Shown here: one piece after another, positions 1-12,745 of the stretch | How the letters are laid out: each line of letters begins with the position of its first letter | Position numbering within the stretch: the first letter of the stretch is position 1 | Source: Macrostomum lignano | Taxonomy: Eukaryota | Reading direction: 5' to 3' | Assembly (NCBI GenBank): GCA_002269645.1 | Contig: NIVC01001505.1 | Span: forward strand, 124,001 to 188,000 | Length of the DNA: 64,000 nt | Notes under the pieces: generated by a model | Database searches by the model: none | The model's input: only the letters and a program-made list of their open reading frames with translations | What the model was told of the DNA's origin: nothing | Program-made: the position numbers and the translations under genes

Positions 1-95
1 AAAATACTCTACGGAGATAGAGTTTTCAGTTTTTCAGCACAAAAATTTTTATTTCTTTCGCCAGGAAGCAAACCTAATGTTGTGCCTTTCATAGC

Positions 96-554
96 CAGGG
101 GCGTCGCCATGGATTTTATGGTGTGGGGAGGGGACAAAGCCAAGAATTCAACATGTACATGTACATAACTAAATTCCTACATTTTCCATTATTTTGAGAA
201 TCGTGTTGTCAGCGCTCATTTAGCGCCGCAGGCACTCTTTTAGCGCCGAAGGCACTCTTTAGCGCCGCAGGCACTCACATTAGCGCCGAATACATTCCAG
301 CTTTCGGCACCGCAGGCATTCCTTTTGTTGGCGCCGCGGGCAATTTTTTAGCGCCACAAGCATTCCTTTTAGCGCCGCAGGCTATAGGCACTCCTTTTGG
401 CGCCGAATGCGCTATATTTTGCGCTCTGGAGAAAAATTGTTGATTACAACGGGTCACAAAGTGGGGTGGGGGGGACAAAGCATTGGCAGTCCCCCCATAG
501 CTTTTACTGGGGGGGACATGTCCCCCCTGCCCCCCCCCGGTGGCGACGCGCCTG
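96..554. mobile_element. Small non-autonomous DNA element (MITE-like) with 14-bp terminal inverted repeats
   Basis: caggggcgtcgcca at 96-109 and tggcgacgcgcctg at 541-554 are reverse complements with 1 mismatch. Internal degenerate ~20-bp ttagcgccg repeat at ~218-400. No clear TSD; superfamily not assignable. Confidence 0.55.
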
Positions 555-796
555 CAATTATAGCAGCTTTTATGATATTTATAAAGCTTTTCGCTTAAAA
601 GATTAGAATTCTATGGTAATTTTTATTCTACGTACCTTTCTTGTACCTAAAAACAATGTAATGCAATCACAGCTCGACTCTGGTTTTATAAATCCTTTTT
701 TTTCATCTCGAGCTGTTACACCTGTTAATCTTACACACAGTCAGCTATAGTACTAAAATGATAAAATTTATTAAAAAATTTTAATTATTTTTATAG

Positions 797-2020
797 GCTT
801 AGGCCTGGCCACGTCGTACGTGGCACAGTGACGCAGATCCTGGCCCTCCGCCACATCATCGAGGAATAGCGCATCCACTATAGTCAAGCCTATAGTTTTC
901 ATCTGTTGACTTCCTCAAGGCTTTCGACTCGGTGACCCGCGGTTGCCTCACGTGCTCCGTGCCTTACAACGTACTGCAGCAGCTGATCTCCGTCATCATT
1001 GTGTACCAGGACACCACCGCTGCGGAAGCGACACCAGACGGACCGTTGGACCTGTTTAGCGCAAGCTCCGCGGAGTGCTGCAGAGTGACATTGGCGCCCT
1101 TCCTCTTTGTTTTGCTGATGGACTGGGTGCTCAGGACCGGCCTGCCGACCGCAGAGGACGGCTTTTTTCTACTGCAAAGGCGCACCAGTCGGCGACACCC
1201 GGGGAAGAGAGGCTGTCCCTCCTCGGCTACGCGGACGACCTCGCCCTGCTGTCCACGACGGCCGAGGCGCCCAACGGCTGCTGGATGGCCTGACTGTGGC
1301 GGCTTCGAGGGTGGCCTCGTCATCAACGCCAAAAAGACCGAGGTGCTGCCGTGGTGCCCCACGATCTACTCGCCGAGATTCGACTCAGAGACGGCGATGG
1401 CCCTGGGACGGTGCTCCCGAGGTGCCGTCAGTTCCTCTACCTCGACGGGTTGGTGCCGGACGTGAGCGACAAGGCCTGGCCCGCCTTTCGATCTGTTCGG
1501 GCGGTGCTACTCTCGGAGGCCCTGTCGGACAGTGCCAGGTCCCAGCTGTTCCAGGCTGTTGTTGAGACCGCCCTCCTGTAAAATACTGAGACCTGGACGC
1601 TGACCGAGGCGCTCGAGAGGCGACTCGACGCGGCGCATGCGGCTCTGGTTCGTGCTGCTTACGGCGCCCGCGCCGCGGCCCCGGCAGCGAGACGACCGAC
1701 TCCCTGTACCAGCGAGCGCGTCTAACGCGGCCTTCTGTCCTGCGGCTTGCCGGGTATGTCATCCGGGCCGAAGCCTACTGCCCAGAGCGGCTGCAGGACG
1801 TCCTAATGTGAACTCCGCAGGGACCACGCGCAGGCGCGGACAGGGACGAGCTGCTCGCTACATTGACCGTCTTTTCAATAATGCGCGAGCCCCCAGCCAG
1901 GCAGCCGGCGTGAAGCACGTCAAGGACCTTGACCTGAAGCGCGCGATTTGACGCCCCCCCCCCTTTGGCCACTTGTATGGTCGGCGCGGGGCGTGAAATT
2001 ATTATTCGTAATATTATAAT
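797..2020 (+). mobile_element. 5'-truncated, degenerate RTE-like non-LTR retrotransposon (RT domain and 3' end)
   Basis: RT motifs across shifted frames: QILALRHIIEE, KAFDSV (~915), LAPFLFVLLMDWVLR, LGYADDLALLS (YADD), GLVINAKKTEV, ETWTLT..LERRLDAAHA. Stops and frameshifts; short ATT-rich tail near 1998-2020. Confidence 0.85.
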
Positions 2021-3294
2021 TAGGCCCAGCGCATGTACAATTGAATTGTTTCCGGAATAAACTGCCTTCTAAAATTTTCTAAGAAACGAGATAGGTTTTC
2101 CGTACGTTCTACATGTACTAAAGTTAAGTATACTCGTAGTATAGGCGTTGGGTTTTCTTATATTTTCAGTCAGATATAATTACTTACGTATATTATAAGA
2201 AAGCCAGTGAGGAATAAATGGATTGCTAACGCCATGACGCCCCGCGAACTCACACGAGTCAACAATAACGACAATAAAGACCGAAGATCTACTCCGTCAA
2301 TTTATTTTACAATGTATTTTGTAATGTTATATTATATTGTAATATCATAATATTATAATATATTACAATATTACATCTACTTTCAGCTGCAAGTCTTTTA
2401 ATTTAACTGTTATATCCATTCAATTAGTTTTAAACTTCCATTCTTCACCGCGGCGCCACTAAATGGATTTCCACTGTGGTGCCCTTTAGCTAGCTTTATT
2501 TGGTCCATTTTTCTGCTTTACATGTACGTACTCGCAAAACTTCTAATTCTCAGCTACGTGAAGGATATTGGGCAGCATATCGTTAATTTTCATTTGATAA
2601 AGTCTCCTAGCTCGACCTCGAACCCTAGCAGCAGTAGGATACTCGTAAATTTTGTTTCACGAGCTAATATCTCCTTTATAGTTGATCCATTACTTCTTGG
2701 AACTTGGTTGACTTTTTGGAACTGTCCCATTGGGCCCTAGTCGATCATGTATCAAACGTGCCCTCCAGAATGCTTATATACATACATGTACGATAAGGAC
2801 TACTTTTAGTAAGAGGACCCAACGTCTCAAAATAGTAGAAATTAATTTTAAGATCCAATGTTGTGTACAATGCACATTTATTGTTCATATGCTTGAGAAG
2901 CACGTGCATTTTGCTATAGAAGCAAAATTAATTAAGCCAAAGATGAATGACACTAATAAATACATATAAATAAGTTAAAACATGAGTAACTGAGTGTTAA
3001 ACTATAAATTCACTTCAGAAGTTGCACTCGCAAGCGAATCGATACGAGCTCAGTGTATGCATAGCGGGGTCACGTGATGAATCAAGGCCGAGGAAACAGC
3101 AGCTGTTAGTTCTTATTTTGTCAATTTTTTTACTCTTAAATTAATCGTCACAGGCTGGGGAGCCTCACAAAAATGAAGGGGAAATTATAAAGCAGAAGGA
3201 TAAATGTTGATAAAGCAGTCATCATTTTCATGGACACGAACTGTAGGATACGGAAGGACGTTTTTGTAACAAATTAATTTTCATTTACAAGATT

Positions 3295-6200
3295 TCAAAT
3301 TGTCGACTCTCGAATCGTGATCTCCGTAAATGTCTTGCCGTTCTGCGTCGGTCGCGGAGGCGACTGCGGCGATGACGGAGGTGAAGAGCCGGGGGCGGCT
3401 TCAGCTGCAGCTTCGTCTCCAGCCGCCTCGGTCAGCTCGTCACCCGACAATGCCTCCGGCGACGTGAGCGGCGCCGTCTCGCTTATCGCAACAGCCGTGC
3501 CACTCGTCTCCGACGTGTTCAGGCGCCGGCGACGAAGATGGCCGGCGACAATGTTGCCACCGGAGGCGGCCAGGCTGGCGTTGGACCGAGTGAGCGACAT
3601 CACGCTGGGCGCCTTCTGCCAGATGCCGTCCGGGTCGGTCAGCGCTTCGTCGTAGGCTGAGGGTAGTGAGAGAGGGGAGGCAGCTGCTGCAGGGCCGTTG
3701 CTGGGTTCGCGGTTCTGGGGATCTCTCACCCTTTCTCACCCTCTCTCACCCTCTCTAACCCTCTCTCACCCTCTCTCACCCTCTCTCACCCTCTTTCACC
3801 CTCTCTCACCCTCTCTCACCATCTCTCACCCTCTCTCACCCTCTCGGCCTCTCTCACCCTCTCTCACCATCTCTAACCCTCTCTCATCCTCTCCTACCCT
3901 CTGTCACCCTCTGTCACCTTCTCTCACCCTCTCTCACCATCTCTCACCCTCTCTCACCCTCTCTCACCCTCTCTCATCTTTTCTCATCCTCTCTCACCCT
4001 CTCTCACCCTCTCTCACCCTCTCTCATCTTTTCTCACCCTCTCTCACCCTCTCTCACCCTCTCTCACCCTCTCTAACCCTCTCTCATCCTCTCTCACCCT
4101 CTGTAACCCTCTGTCACCCTCTGTCACCCTCTCTCACCCTCTTTCATCTTTTCTCACCCCCTCTCACCCTCTCTCACCCTCTCTCACCCTCTCTAACCCT
4201 CTCTCATCCTCTCTCACCCTCTGTCACCCTCTGTCACCCTCTGTCACCCTCTCTCATCCTCTCACCCTCTCTCACCCTCTCTCACCCTCTGTCACCCTCT
4301 GTCACCCTCTCTCACCCTCTCTCACCCTCCCTCAGCCTTCCTCAGCCTCACTTACCCTTTTCAACCTCTCCCCTCTGTTTCCTCGCTCCCCCTCTTCCGC
4401 CATCTCTCCCTACATCTGCTTATCTGCCCGCCTATCTCTAAATATCTGTAATTTAAGACACGAATTGCATAAGTCCACAAAGAAGACGCCTCGTGGAAAG
4501 CTGTCGTTATCAGCAGTTACTCACCTTGAATATCCAAATTCGACTTTGTCATCTGGTCGAAGTCTTCAGCCACTGTAGCTGCCGGATATGCCTGTTGCAA
4601 AAGAAATAATATTACTGTGAATAGTAAACTAAAAATCTTACCTTCTACTATATGTTATACGCAGTTCTTAGCTCCGTAATTCCTGATGAAGAAGCCCCCC
4701 TTGATATAGACCGGTTTGGCTGCTCAGGAAGGGGCGAGGGAGGGAGGCCCGGCCTGGATAGGGGTTGGTGGCTGGAGAGTCTGGGGGATGGTCAGTCAGG
4801 GGATGCAGGAGGGCGGGGACTGCAGCGTACATTCAGCTGGAAGACTGTAGAGAAATCCGCTATCAAGAAAAAGGGAAGGACGGAAGCCAAGGCCAGCTGG
4901 GAGATGTGCGCGATAAACACTAACTAACTGGTTCGAGCTGTCCTTTTTTAATGCCCTGGATAAGACCGGAGGGCAGGGACAACTGCACCGGATGTCCCGG
5001 CTTGAAGAGTGGCTCTTGTACTAGTAGAATTCATTGATACAATAGCAGCGAAAAATTAACTCAATTTTTTATATTTAAAGTACTTTCGCGAGTGCTATAT
5101 CGATTTAGCATGATTTGAAAATCGATCCCCAAGTCAAGAGACATGCAGGATGAGCAGAGGTCAATACACCACAGTAAAACAAACCAAATACATTTTTTAG
5201 ACTGTGGTGACTCAATCTGTTGCGAGGGAGCGGAAATGAGATCTTTTTAGCGCCAGTGAAATCTATTTGGCGCCACTGAGATCTATTTAGCGCCAATGAG
5301 ATCTATTTAGCGCTAATGAGATCTATTTAGCGCTAATGAGATCTTTTTAGCGCCACTGAGATCTATTTGGCGCCAATGAGATTTATTTAGTCACACTGAG
5401 ATCTATTTGGCGCCAATGAGATCTATTTAGCGCCAATGAGATCTATTTAGCGCTAATGAGATCTATTTAGCGCTAATGAGATCTTTTTAGCGCCACTGAG
5501 ATCTATTTGGCGCCAATGAGATTTATTTAGTCACACTGAGATCTATTTGGCGCCAATGAGATCTATTTAGCGCCAATGAGATCTATTTAGCGCTAATGAG
5601 ATCTATTTAGCGCTAATGAGATCTTTTTAGCGCCACTGAGATCTATTTGGCGCCAATGAGATTTATTTAGTCACACTGAGATCTATTTGGCGCCAATGAG
5701 ATCTATTTAGCGCTAATGAGATCTTTTTAGCGCCACTGAGATCTATTTGGCGCCAATGAGATTTATTTAGTCACACTGAGATCTATTTAGCGCTAATGAG
5801 ATCTTTTTAGCGCCACTGAGATCTATTTGGCGCCAATGAGATTTATTTAGTCACACTGAGATCTATTTGGCGCCAATGAGATCTATTTAGCGCCAATTAG
5901 ATCGATTTAGCGCCAATGAGATCTATTTAGCGCCACTGGACTGATGCAGCTAGAGATTCTGGGCAGCTGTCAATCAAACCGCGCTGCAAACTACTCAGAA
6001 ATTCTTGAGTGAACAGCAGAATTAAAGGTTATTCTTGGGAAAAATTATCAAATGTACTTTTACACATTACCACCCCTTTCTCACCTGCTTTGTTGGCGGA
6101 ATGAAGAACATGACGAGGCTACCAATAATGGGAGACGCCCCCGATATGTAGAACGGCAGGTCCCAGCGACCGGTGCAGTCGTTGATGTAGCCTGGGAAAG

Positions 6201-9200
6201 TAGGAAAAGTAAGTAAGCAGAGAGTAAGAAAAACAAAAGCAGAGAAGGAGTAAACCTAAACAACAGCACGTAAAAGTGGTGTGGTTGCCGATTTAGAAAC
6301 ATATTTCTTGTCAGGGGCAAAGTGGACATTGCAGAAAAAGAGGGGAGCAGGAAGATACATCAGAGAGAGGTAGGAGAGAGAAGGGAGAGAGAGGGGGGAA
6401 GAGAAGGGAGAGAGAGAGGGGAGAGAGGGAAGAGAGGGGAGGGAGAGGAGAGAGGGGAGAGTGGGAAGAGAGTGGGAAGAGAGGGAAGAGAGGAGAGAGA
6501 GGGAAGAGAGAGAAGAGAGGGGGAGGAGGGAGAGAGAGAAGAGAGGGATGGGATAAAGGCGAGAAAGAAGAGAGAGAGAAGAGCGAGAGAAGAGAAGGGG
6601 GGAAATGGATAGTGGAGGCAGGAGTGAGCCGATATAAGAGCACAGAGATAAAAGTGCAAGCAATACACTGGCAGAGGCCACTAAACGAGCCAAAGGCGCA
6701 CCAGTGATGAGCGGGCCGGTGGTGGTGGGTATGGAGATCATCTGCAGCAAGAAGCCGATGGCCTGCGAGGCGCCGGTCGGGCCAACCAAGTCGAAGGCGA
6801 TGGGGCCGATCATGCAGACGAAGGTGCCGTCGCAGGCGCCGAACAGCAGCGCCAGCAGGATCATGGGCACCCGGTGGCTGCACAGCGGGAACAGGCAGAT
6901 GCTGACGCCAAGGATGCAGAAGGCGGCCTGCTGCAGGCGGACGCGGTTGACGCAGCGAAAATCTGCCAGACGGCCGGTGACGATTCTGCAGACTCCGCTG
7001 GCCACGTTGATGCAGATGAGCAGCACGGCGGAGTCTGTCTGGGCCTGCTCCTGGACAGCCAGGATCGCTGCGGCGGCTTCGGCTGCTCCTGCGGAGGTCG
7101 CGTTGCTGGCTGAGGCAGCGAGGGCCGTGTCGATGTCGGCGAGGGTCAGGTTGGCCAGCTCCAGGGCCCGCTCCTGCACGAAGTTGGGCTGCGGGATGGC
7201 GGGGGACGGGAGGCTGCATGATAGGGTGCTGCGCTGGGTGACCGGGCTCGGGTGAAGGGAGAGAGTTGAGAGAGGATGGAGGCAGAGGGTGCAGACGGAG
7301 GATGGAGTCAGGGGGTGGAGGGAGACAGCGGGGTAGACGGAGAGGTGGACAGTGGGGTAGACGGAGAGGTGGACAGTGGGGTAGACGGAGAGGTGGACAG
7401 TGGGCTGGACGGAGAGGTGGACAGTGGGGTAGACGGAGAGGTGGACAGTGGGGTAGACGGAGAGGTGGACAGTGGGGTAGACGGAGAGGTGGACAGTGGG
7501 TAGACAGAGAGGTGGAAAATGGGGTAGACGGAGAGAGTTGGTGAACAGTAATATGTAAAGAATATATGAAGACAAGAACAACGCCAGCTAATGACAATAA
7601 CTGTGCAGTGAGCCAATTAGATTAGAAACTCTTCACAGACCTGCCACAAAAGTAAAACTCATTACCAGCACACCATTGTTTACGAATGACTGGAGTTGGG
7701 GTTAGGGTTGGGGAAAATTAAGTTAGGGAACTTCAGAGTGGGCAGTGAGGAAGTCTAACTATTGATAGAATAACTTGGGGCACCCGGTGACCCAAGCAGC
7801 AGTAAATGCTTCTGTCTGAGCGTAGCAGACTTCCTTTTAATAAAAAAAACGTCGAAGAGAGATAGAGTAAGAGAGAGGGGAGAGAGGGAGGGAGATAGAG
7901 GGAGAGGTAGAGGGAGAGAGAGGGAGGGAGACAGAGGGAGAGGCAGAGGGAAGGAGGGAGGGAGACAGAGGGAGAAGCAGAGGGAGAGAGGGAGATAGGG
8001 AGAGGAGGTAGAGTCGGAGACACGGAAAAGCCGCAGGGCTCACCAGAAACATGAAGGGCACAGAGGGGAGGGGAGACACGGAAAAGCCGCAGGGCTCACC
8101 AGAAACATGAAGGGCACAGAGGGGAGGGGAGACACGGAAAAGCCGCGGGGCTCACCAGAAACATGAAGGGCACAGAGGGGAGGGGAGACACGGAAAAGCC
8201 GCGGGCTCACCAGAAACATGAAGGGCACAGAGGGGAGGGGAGACACGGAAAAGCCGCGGAGCTCACCAGAAACATGAAGGGCACAAAGTAGCCAAACAGG
8301 GCGAACGGGCAGCCGACAATCCAGATCAAGAAGCCGCGATTTCGCCAGATGCTGACGTTGAGAAACTTGGTAAGAAAAGCTCGCACACCGGCCAAGCGCT
8401 CGGTGAGGGACGCCTGCGACAGGTAGTGATCCAGCTCTGCGTGCCTGACAGGTCTCAGCGGTTTCCAGGTGAATGAGTACACCAGCATGAAGGCCGCCAT
8501 GCCGCAGTACACTCTGAAGGTGTTGTGCACCCCGATGCGATCGAGGAGCAGCGGCTTGAGCGATCGGGACAGCACCACGGAGAAGACGCCGCTGCCCAGG
8601 GTGACGATGCCGTTCGCCAGGCCCAGCCGCTTGTCGAAATGGTGCCCGAGGATCACCAGGCTGGGGGTGTACACCAGGGCTGCGCCGAAGCCGAACAGGC
8701 AGCTGTGGGTGAAGAACAGGACGGTGGCGTTCTCTGGCGGCACGAAGGAGCTCGCCATGAAGCTGCAAACGGCGATGAGGCCGCCGGCGAAGGCGCAGCG
8801 GCGGAGGCCGACCCGGTCCATCACGATGCTGCCGAGGAAGGAGAAGAAGAACACGCAGCCGATGGTGGCCGAGCCGATCGAGCCTGCGGTTGGGTAGGTT
8901 GGGTAGGTTGGGTAGGTAGGGTAGGTAGGGTAGGTTGGATTTGTTGGGCAGGTTGGGTAGGTTGGGTTGGTTGGGTAGGTTTGGTAGGTAGGGTAGGTTG
9001 GATTTGTTGGGCAGGTTGGGTAGGTTGGGTTGGTTGGGTAGGTTCGAGTAGGTTTGGTAGGTAGGGTAGGTTTGAGTAAGTTGGGTAGGTTGGGTAGGCT
9101 GAGCAGATTGGGTATATTGGGTAGATTGGGTAGATTGGGTAGGTTTAGGAAGATTTGGTAGGGTTGGCTAGATAAAGTAGGTTGGGTATGTTGGGTAGGT

Positions 9201-11386
9201 TGGGTAGCTTATGAAGGTTGGGTAGGTTGGGTTGATTGAGTAGGATGGATTGATTGAGTAGGTTGAATTGGTTGAGTAGGTTGGATTGGTTGAGTAGGTT
9301 GAGTAGGTTGGATTGGTTGAGTAGGTTGGATTGGTTGAGTAGGTTGGATTGGTTGAGTAGGTTGAGTAGGTTGGATTGGTTGAGTAGGTTGGATTGGTTG
9401 AGTAGGTTGGATTGGTTGAGTAGGTTGGATTGGTTGAGTAGGTTGGATTGGTTGAGTAGGTTGGATTGGTTGAGTAGGTTGGATTGGTTGAGTAGGTTGG
9501 ATTGGTTGAGTAGGTTGGATTGGTTGAGTAGGTTGGATTGGTTGAGTAGGTTGGATTGGTTGAGTAGGTTGAGTAGGTTGGATTGGTTGAGTAGGTTGGA
9601 TTGGTTGAGTAGGTTGGATTGGTTGAGTAGGTTGGATTGGTTGAGTAGGTTGGATTGGTTGAGTAGGTTGGATTGGTTGAGTAGGTTGGATTGGTTGAGT
9701 AGGTTGGATTGGTTGAGTAGGTTGGGTAGGTTGAGTAGGTTGGATTGGTTGAGTAGGTTGGGTAGGTTGAGTAGGTTGGATTGGTTGAGTAGGTTGGGTA
9801 GGTTGTGGTGGCTTTTTGGACAGAAAATGTCTATTTGATAGCAATTGTACAAGCATAAAATAATTTGTAAAAAAACTTTAAAAACGTTTTGTCGTAGCGG
9901 ACACATGTACTTTTGACAGAGCCAGCCACTTCCTGCTCAAACTGTCTATGGCCCAAATATACTAGAGCCGTAACAGGCCCAGCCGCAGCACTTTATTAAA
10001 GGACAAGCGGTCTTCATGTCGCCGCACGCGAGCCGCTTCATTGTAATATTTTCATGGTTGTTAACCCCTTAGAGTTCTCTAAGATGCAAAAATTAAATTT
10101 ATCAACCACTGTTATCTACTCAAAAGCAACGTTTTGCACTTTTGAAAGAAAGCAAGTTTCTCAGTCTACTGTATTTCTTCAGCTTCTTGTTCACACAACT
10201 TAGGCGTGGAGCCGCCGTCCACCTCGCTGAGGCTTGTGACGAAACTCTGCTGCACTTAAAAGAGTGCAGAGAGGCCAATGCTCTGGGGCAGACAAACTCT
10301 GAGTCAAGTGGTGAGAATTTTATGCGCACTGTACTATGTGGTCTCAAAACAATTGATGCTAAATATAGAACATTGGATGGATGGTTTGAGGGGGCCCGCG
10401 GATTCGGTACTGGAAAATCCCTGGAAAATTTTGGAAATGCTTTTAAAATGTGCTCGGAGTTTTGTTAGACTGCTTTGGTGGGTATATTGTGTTGGGTGGG
10501 CTTGCAAGTGTAAGTAGACTGAGTATGTTGAGTAGACCTAAATACTGTAGGTTGGTTGTTATACGGTCAGTACATGTAGGTATAGGATAGGCAGGGTAGG
10601 TCGAGCATAGGTAGGCAGAATGGACAGAGTAGATAGAGTGGTCAGGGTAGAGTAGGTAGACCAGGTAGGGTAGGCAGGGTGGGTTGGATAGGTAGGCAGG
10701 TAGGCTGAATAGGTAGGGTAGGCAGGTAGGCTGAATAGGTAGGGTAGGCAGGGTAGGTTGGATAGGTAGGGTAGGCAGGGTAGGCTGAATAGGTAGGGTA
10801 GCAGGGTAGGTTGGATAGGTAGGGTAGGCAGGGTAGGCTGAATAGGTAGGGTAGCAGGGTAGGTTGGATAGGTAGGGTAGGCAGGGTAGGTTGGATAGGT
10901 AGGGTAGGCAGGGTAGGTTGGATAGGTAGGGTAGGCAGGGTAGGTTGGATAGGTAGGGTAGGTAGGGTAGGCAGGGTAGACAGGGTAGGTTGGATATAGG
11001 TAGAGTAGGCAGAGTACGTAAGGTAGGCATGGTAGGCAGTTTAGGTAGGGTAGATAAAGAAAGGTAGGAAGGATTCCATGCACTTTAACAGCTCGCTCAC
11101 CCGCCACGGACTTCGAGATGCCCCTGGTGGTGATCAGCCAGTCGCTGATGATGCCGAAGCTGTTGATGATGGAGAAGATGGTGCCGTTGGTGCAGAAGGA
11201 TGTGAAACACACCAGCCAGGCTCGCAGCCCGCCATCCGCTGGCACGAACTCCAGCAGCTCCGCCTCGACATCCGGGACAGCTTCCGCGTCCTCATCCTTG
11301 ACACCGTTGCAGCCGTTACTGTTGTTGTTATTGCCATTCGCGTTGCCATTGGCAACGTTGGCTTTTTGAAGCGCCTTAGACGCCAT
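3295..11386 (-). CDS. Monocarboxylate transporter family (SLC16, MCT10/MCT8-like) MFS transporter, ~641 aa
   Basis: Exons (minus): 11101-11386, 8267-8883, 6702-7188, 6085-6191, 4525-4591, 3295-3656. All GT-AG with consistent phases, 1926 nt in total. Motifs: [21 protein letters not shown] (SLC16 PDGGW-type motif), [53 protein letters not shown]. The last two exons (C-terminal tail) are less certain. Confidence 0.9.
3722..4330. repeat. 10-bp minisatellite (ctctctcacc)n in MCT intron 5
   Basis: Direct tandem repetition visible. Confidence 0.95.
5239..5935. repeat. 20-bp minisatellite (gagatctatttagcgccaat)n in MCT intron 4
   Basis: Direct tandem repetition with higher-order variant blocks. 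Confidence 0.95.
6340..6600. repeat. GA-rich low-complexity tract in MCT intron 3
   Basis: Purine-only gagagagg-type run. Confidence 0.85.
7320..7540. repeat. 24-bp minisatellite (gggtagacggagaggtggacagtg)n in MCT intron 2
   Basis: Direct tandem repetition. Confidence 0.95.
8015..8285. repeat. 56-bp tandem repeat spanning the MCT exon 2/intron 2 junction
   Basis: The ctcac (antisense GTGAG) donor recurs at 8039, 8095, 8151, 8206 and 8262, each copy carrying ~19 nt of the exon end. Confidence 0.95.
8890..9800. repeat. 9/18-bp minisatellite (gggtaggtt / ttggattggttgagtagg)n in MCT intron 1
   Basis: Direct tandem repetition; source of the spurious QPT/NQSNLL ORFs. Confidence 0.95.
10570..11060. 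repeat. ~27-bp minisatellite (gggtaggcagggtaggttggataggta)n in MCT intron 1
   Basis: Direct tandem repetition. Confidence 0.9.
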
Positions 11387-12265
11387 AGCTAATTATGTTT
11401 CATAAATGTTTAAGCGAAGTCAGCAGCCAGGCTGCATCTATCTAAGACCGGAGACTGTGGCTCTGTAAGAAAATTCCCTCCAGCTCGGGATAAAAGACAG
11501 CCAATAACAGCTGACTGAGGTGCGTCATTTCGGTCTGAAAAATGGTCCTTTTATATGGCTGCCGCCACTGTCTGTCTCTCCATTATACTCGCTCACCCCA
11601 CCTCCTGTGCACTGCAGACAGTCTTAGCGGAGAGGCCGGGGCCCAGGCATTTGAGCACACAAGGGCCTGGAGTCCAAGGCATAGACAGATAAGTAACAAT
11701 TATAAACAGTTTACAGCCTTAGCGCTCAGAAACAATTGAGCCTTTGTGCCGAGTGGCGTAGCAGAGTCTGCCGGCACAGATTGTTAATCATTTTGTTCAA
11801 TTACGATTAACAAGCCCTGAAGTGGGCTGCGGGCCACGGCGGCCCAGCATGACACGGGGAATTTCGGGGTCAACCGGAGCGCAAGTGTGAAACACAATTT
11901 AGCCCTTATCAGCTGGTGCAAGTCTTCGCTTCCTACTAGCCTGACCTCTTAGCAACTGCCAACTGTAGAGCCGTCTCCAATCTGTTGCTATGTGTTTATA
12001 TGTGTGTTTACAGTCAGACTTTGTTTCGACAGGCGATAATTACTTCAATTAAAATTAGGCATTCCCCAGGCAACAAAACTATACTCATGCAAATTATAAA
12101 TCTCCATTTTTCCCTATACTAGTTGGGTTCAAAGGTTAAAAATGAAGTGCTGACACAATGACCCACATGTAGCGATAGTTTTATCTAAATAAGATTGCTC
12201 TTTAACAGGTTGGGTGTCTGTCAGGCTTTGGGGTTCTTTAACTCGGAAATCTTTACCAGTCCTAG

Positions 12266-12745
12266 GACTGAGGATCTGGGAGGCTGCATGGCCCAGCAAC
12301 TGAGGATCTGGGAGGCTGGCCCAGCAACTGAGGATCTGGGAGGCTGCATGGCCCAGCAACTGAGGGTCTGGGAGGCTGGCCCAGCAACTAAGGACCTGAG
12401 AGGCTGAATGGCCCAGCAACTGAGGGTCTGGGAGGCTGGCCCAGCAACTAAGGACCTGAGAGGCTGAATGGTCCAGCAACTGAGGATCTGGGAGGCTGGC
12501 CCAGCAACTAAGGACCTGAGAGGCTGAATGGCCCAGCAACTGAGGGTCTGGGAGGCTGGCCCAGCAACTAAGGACCTGAGAGGCTGAATGGCCCAGCAAC
12601 TGAGGATCTGGGAGGCTGGCCCAACAGCTGAGGATCTGGGAGGCTGGCCCAGCAACTGAGGATCTGGGAGGCAGGCCCAGCAACTGAGGATCTGGGAGGC
12701 TGGCCCAGCAACTGAGGATCTGGGAGGCTGGCCCAGCAACTGAGG
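12266..12745. repeat. ~28-bp minisatellite (actgaggatctgggaggctggcccagca)n in the NNT-MCT spacer
   Basis: Direct tandem repetition; same unit as 40340-40970. Confidence 0.95.

Noticed and set aside
3657-3729. ORF-track start at 3729 or a phase-0 acceptor before 3714 for the last MCT exon
   Set aside because: The acceptor before 3656 has a better pyrimidine tract and matches the phase of exon 4525-4591. The alternative cannot be excluded without RNA data.
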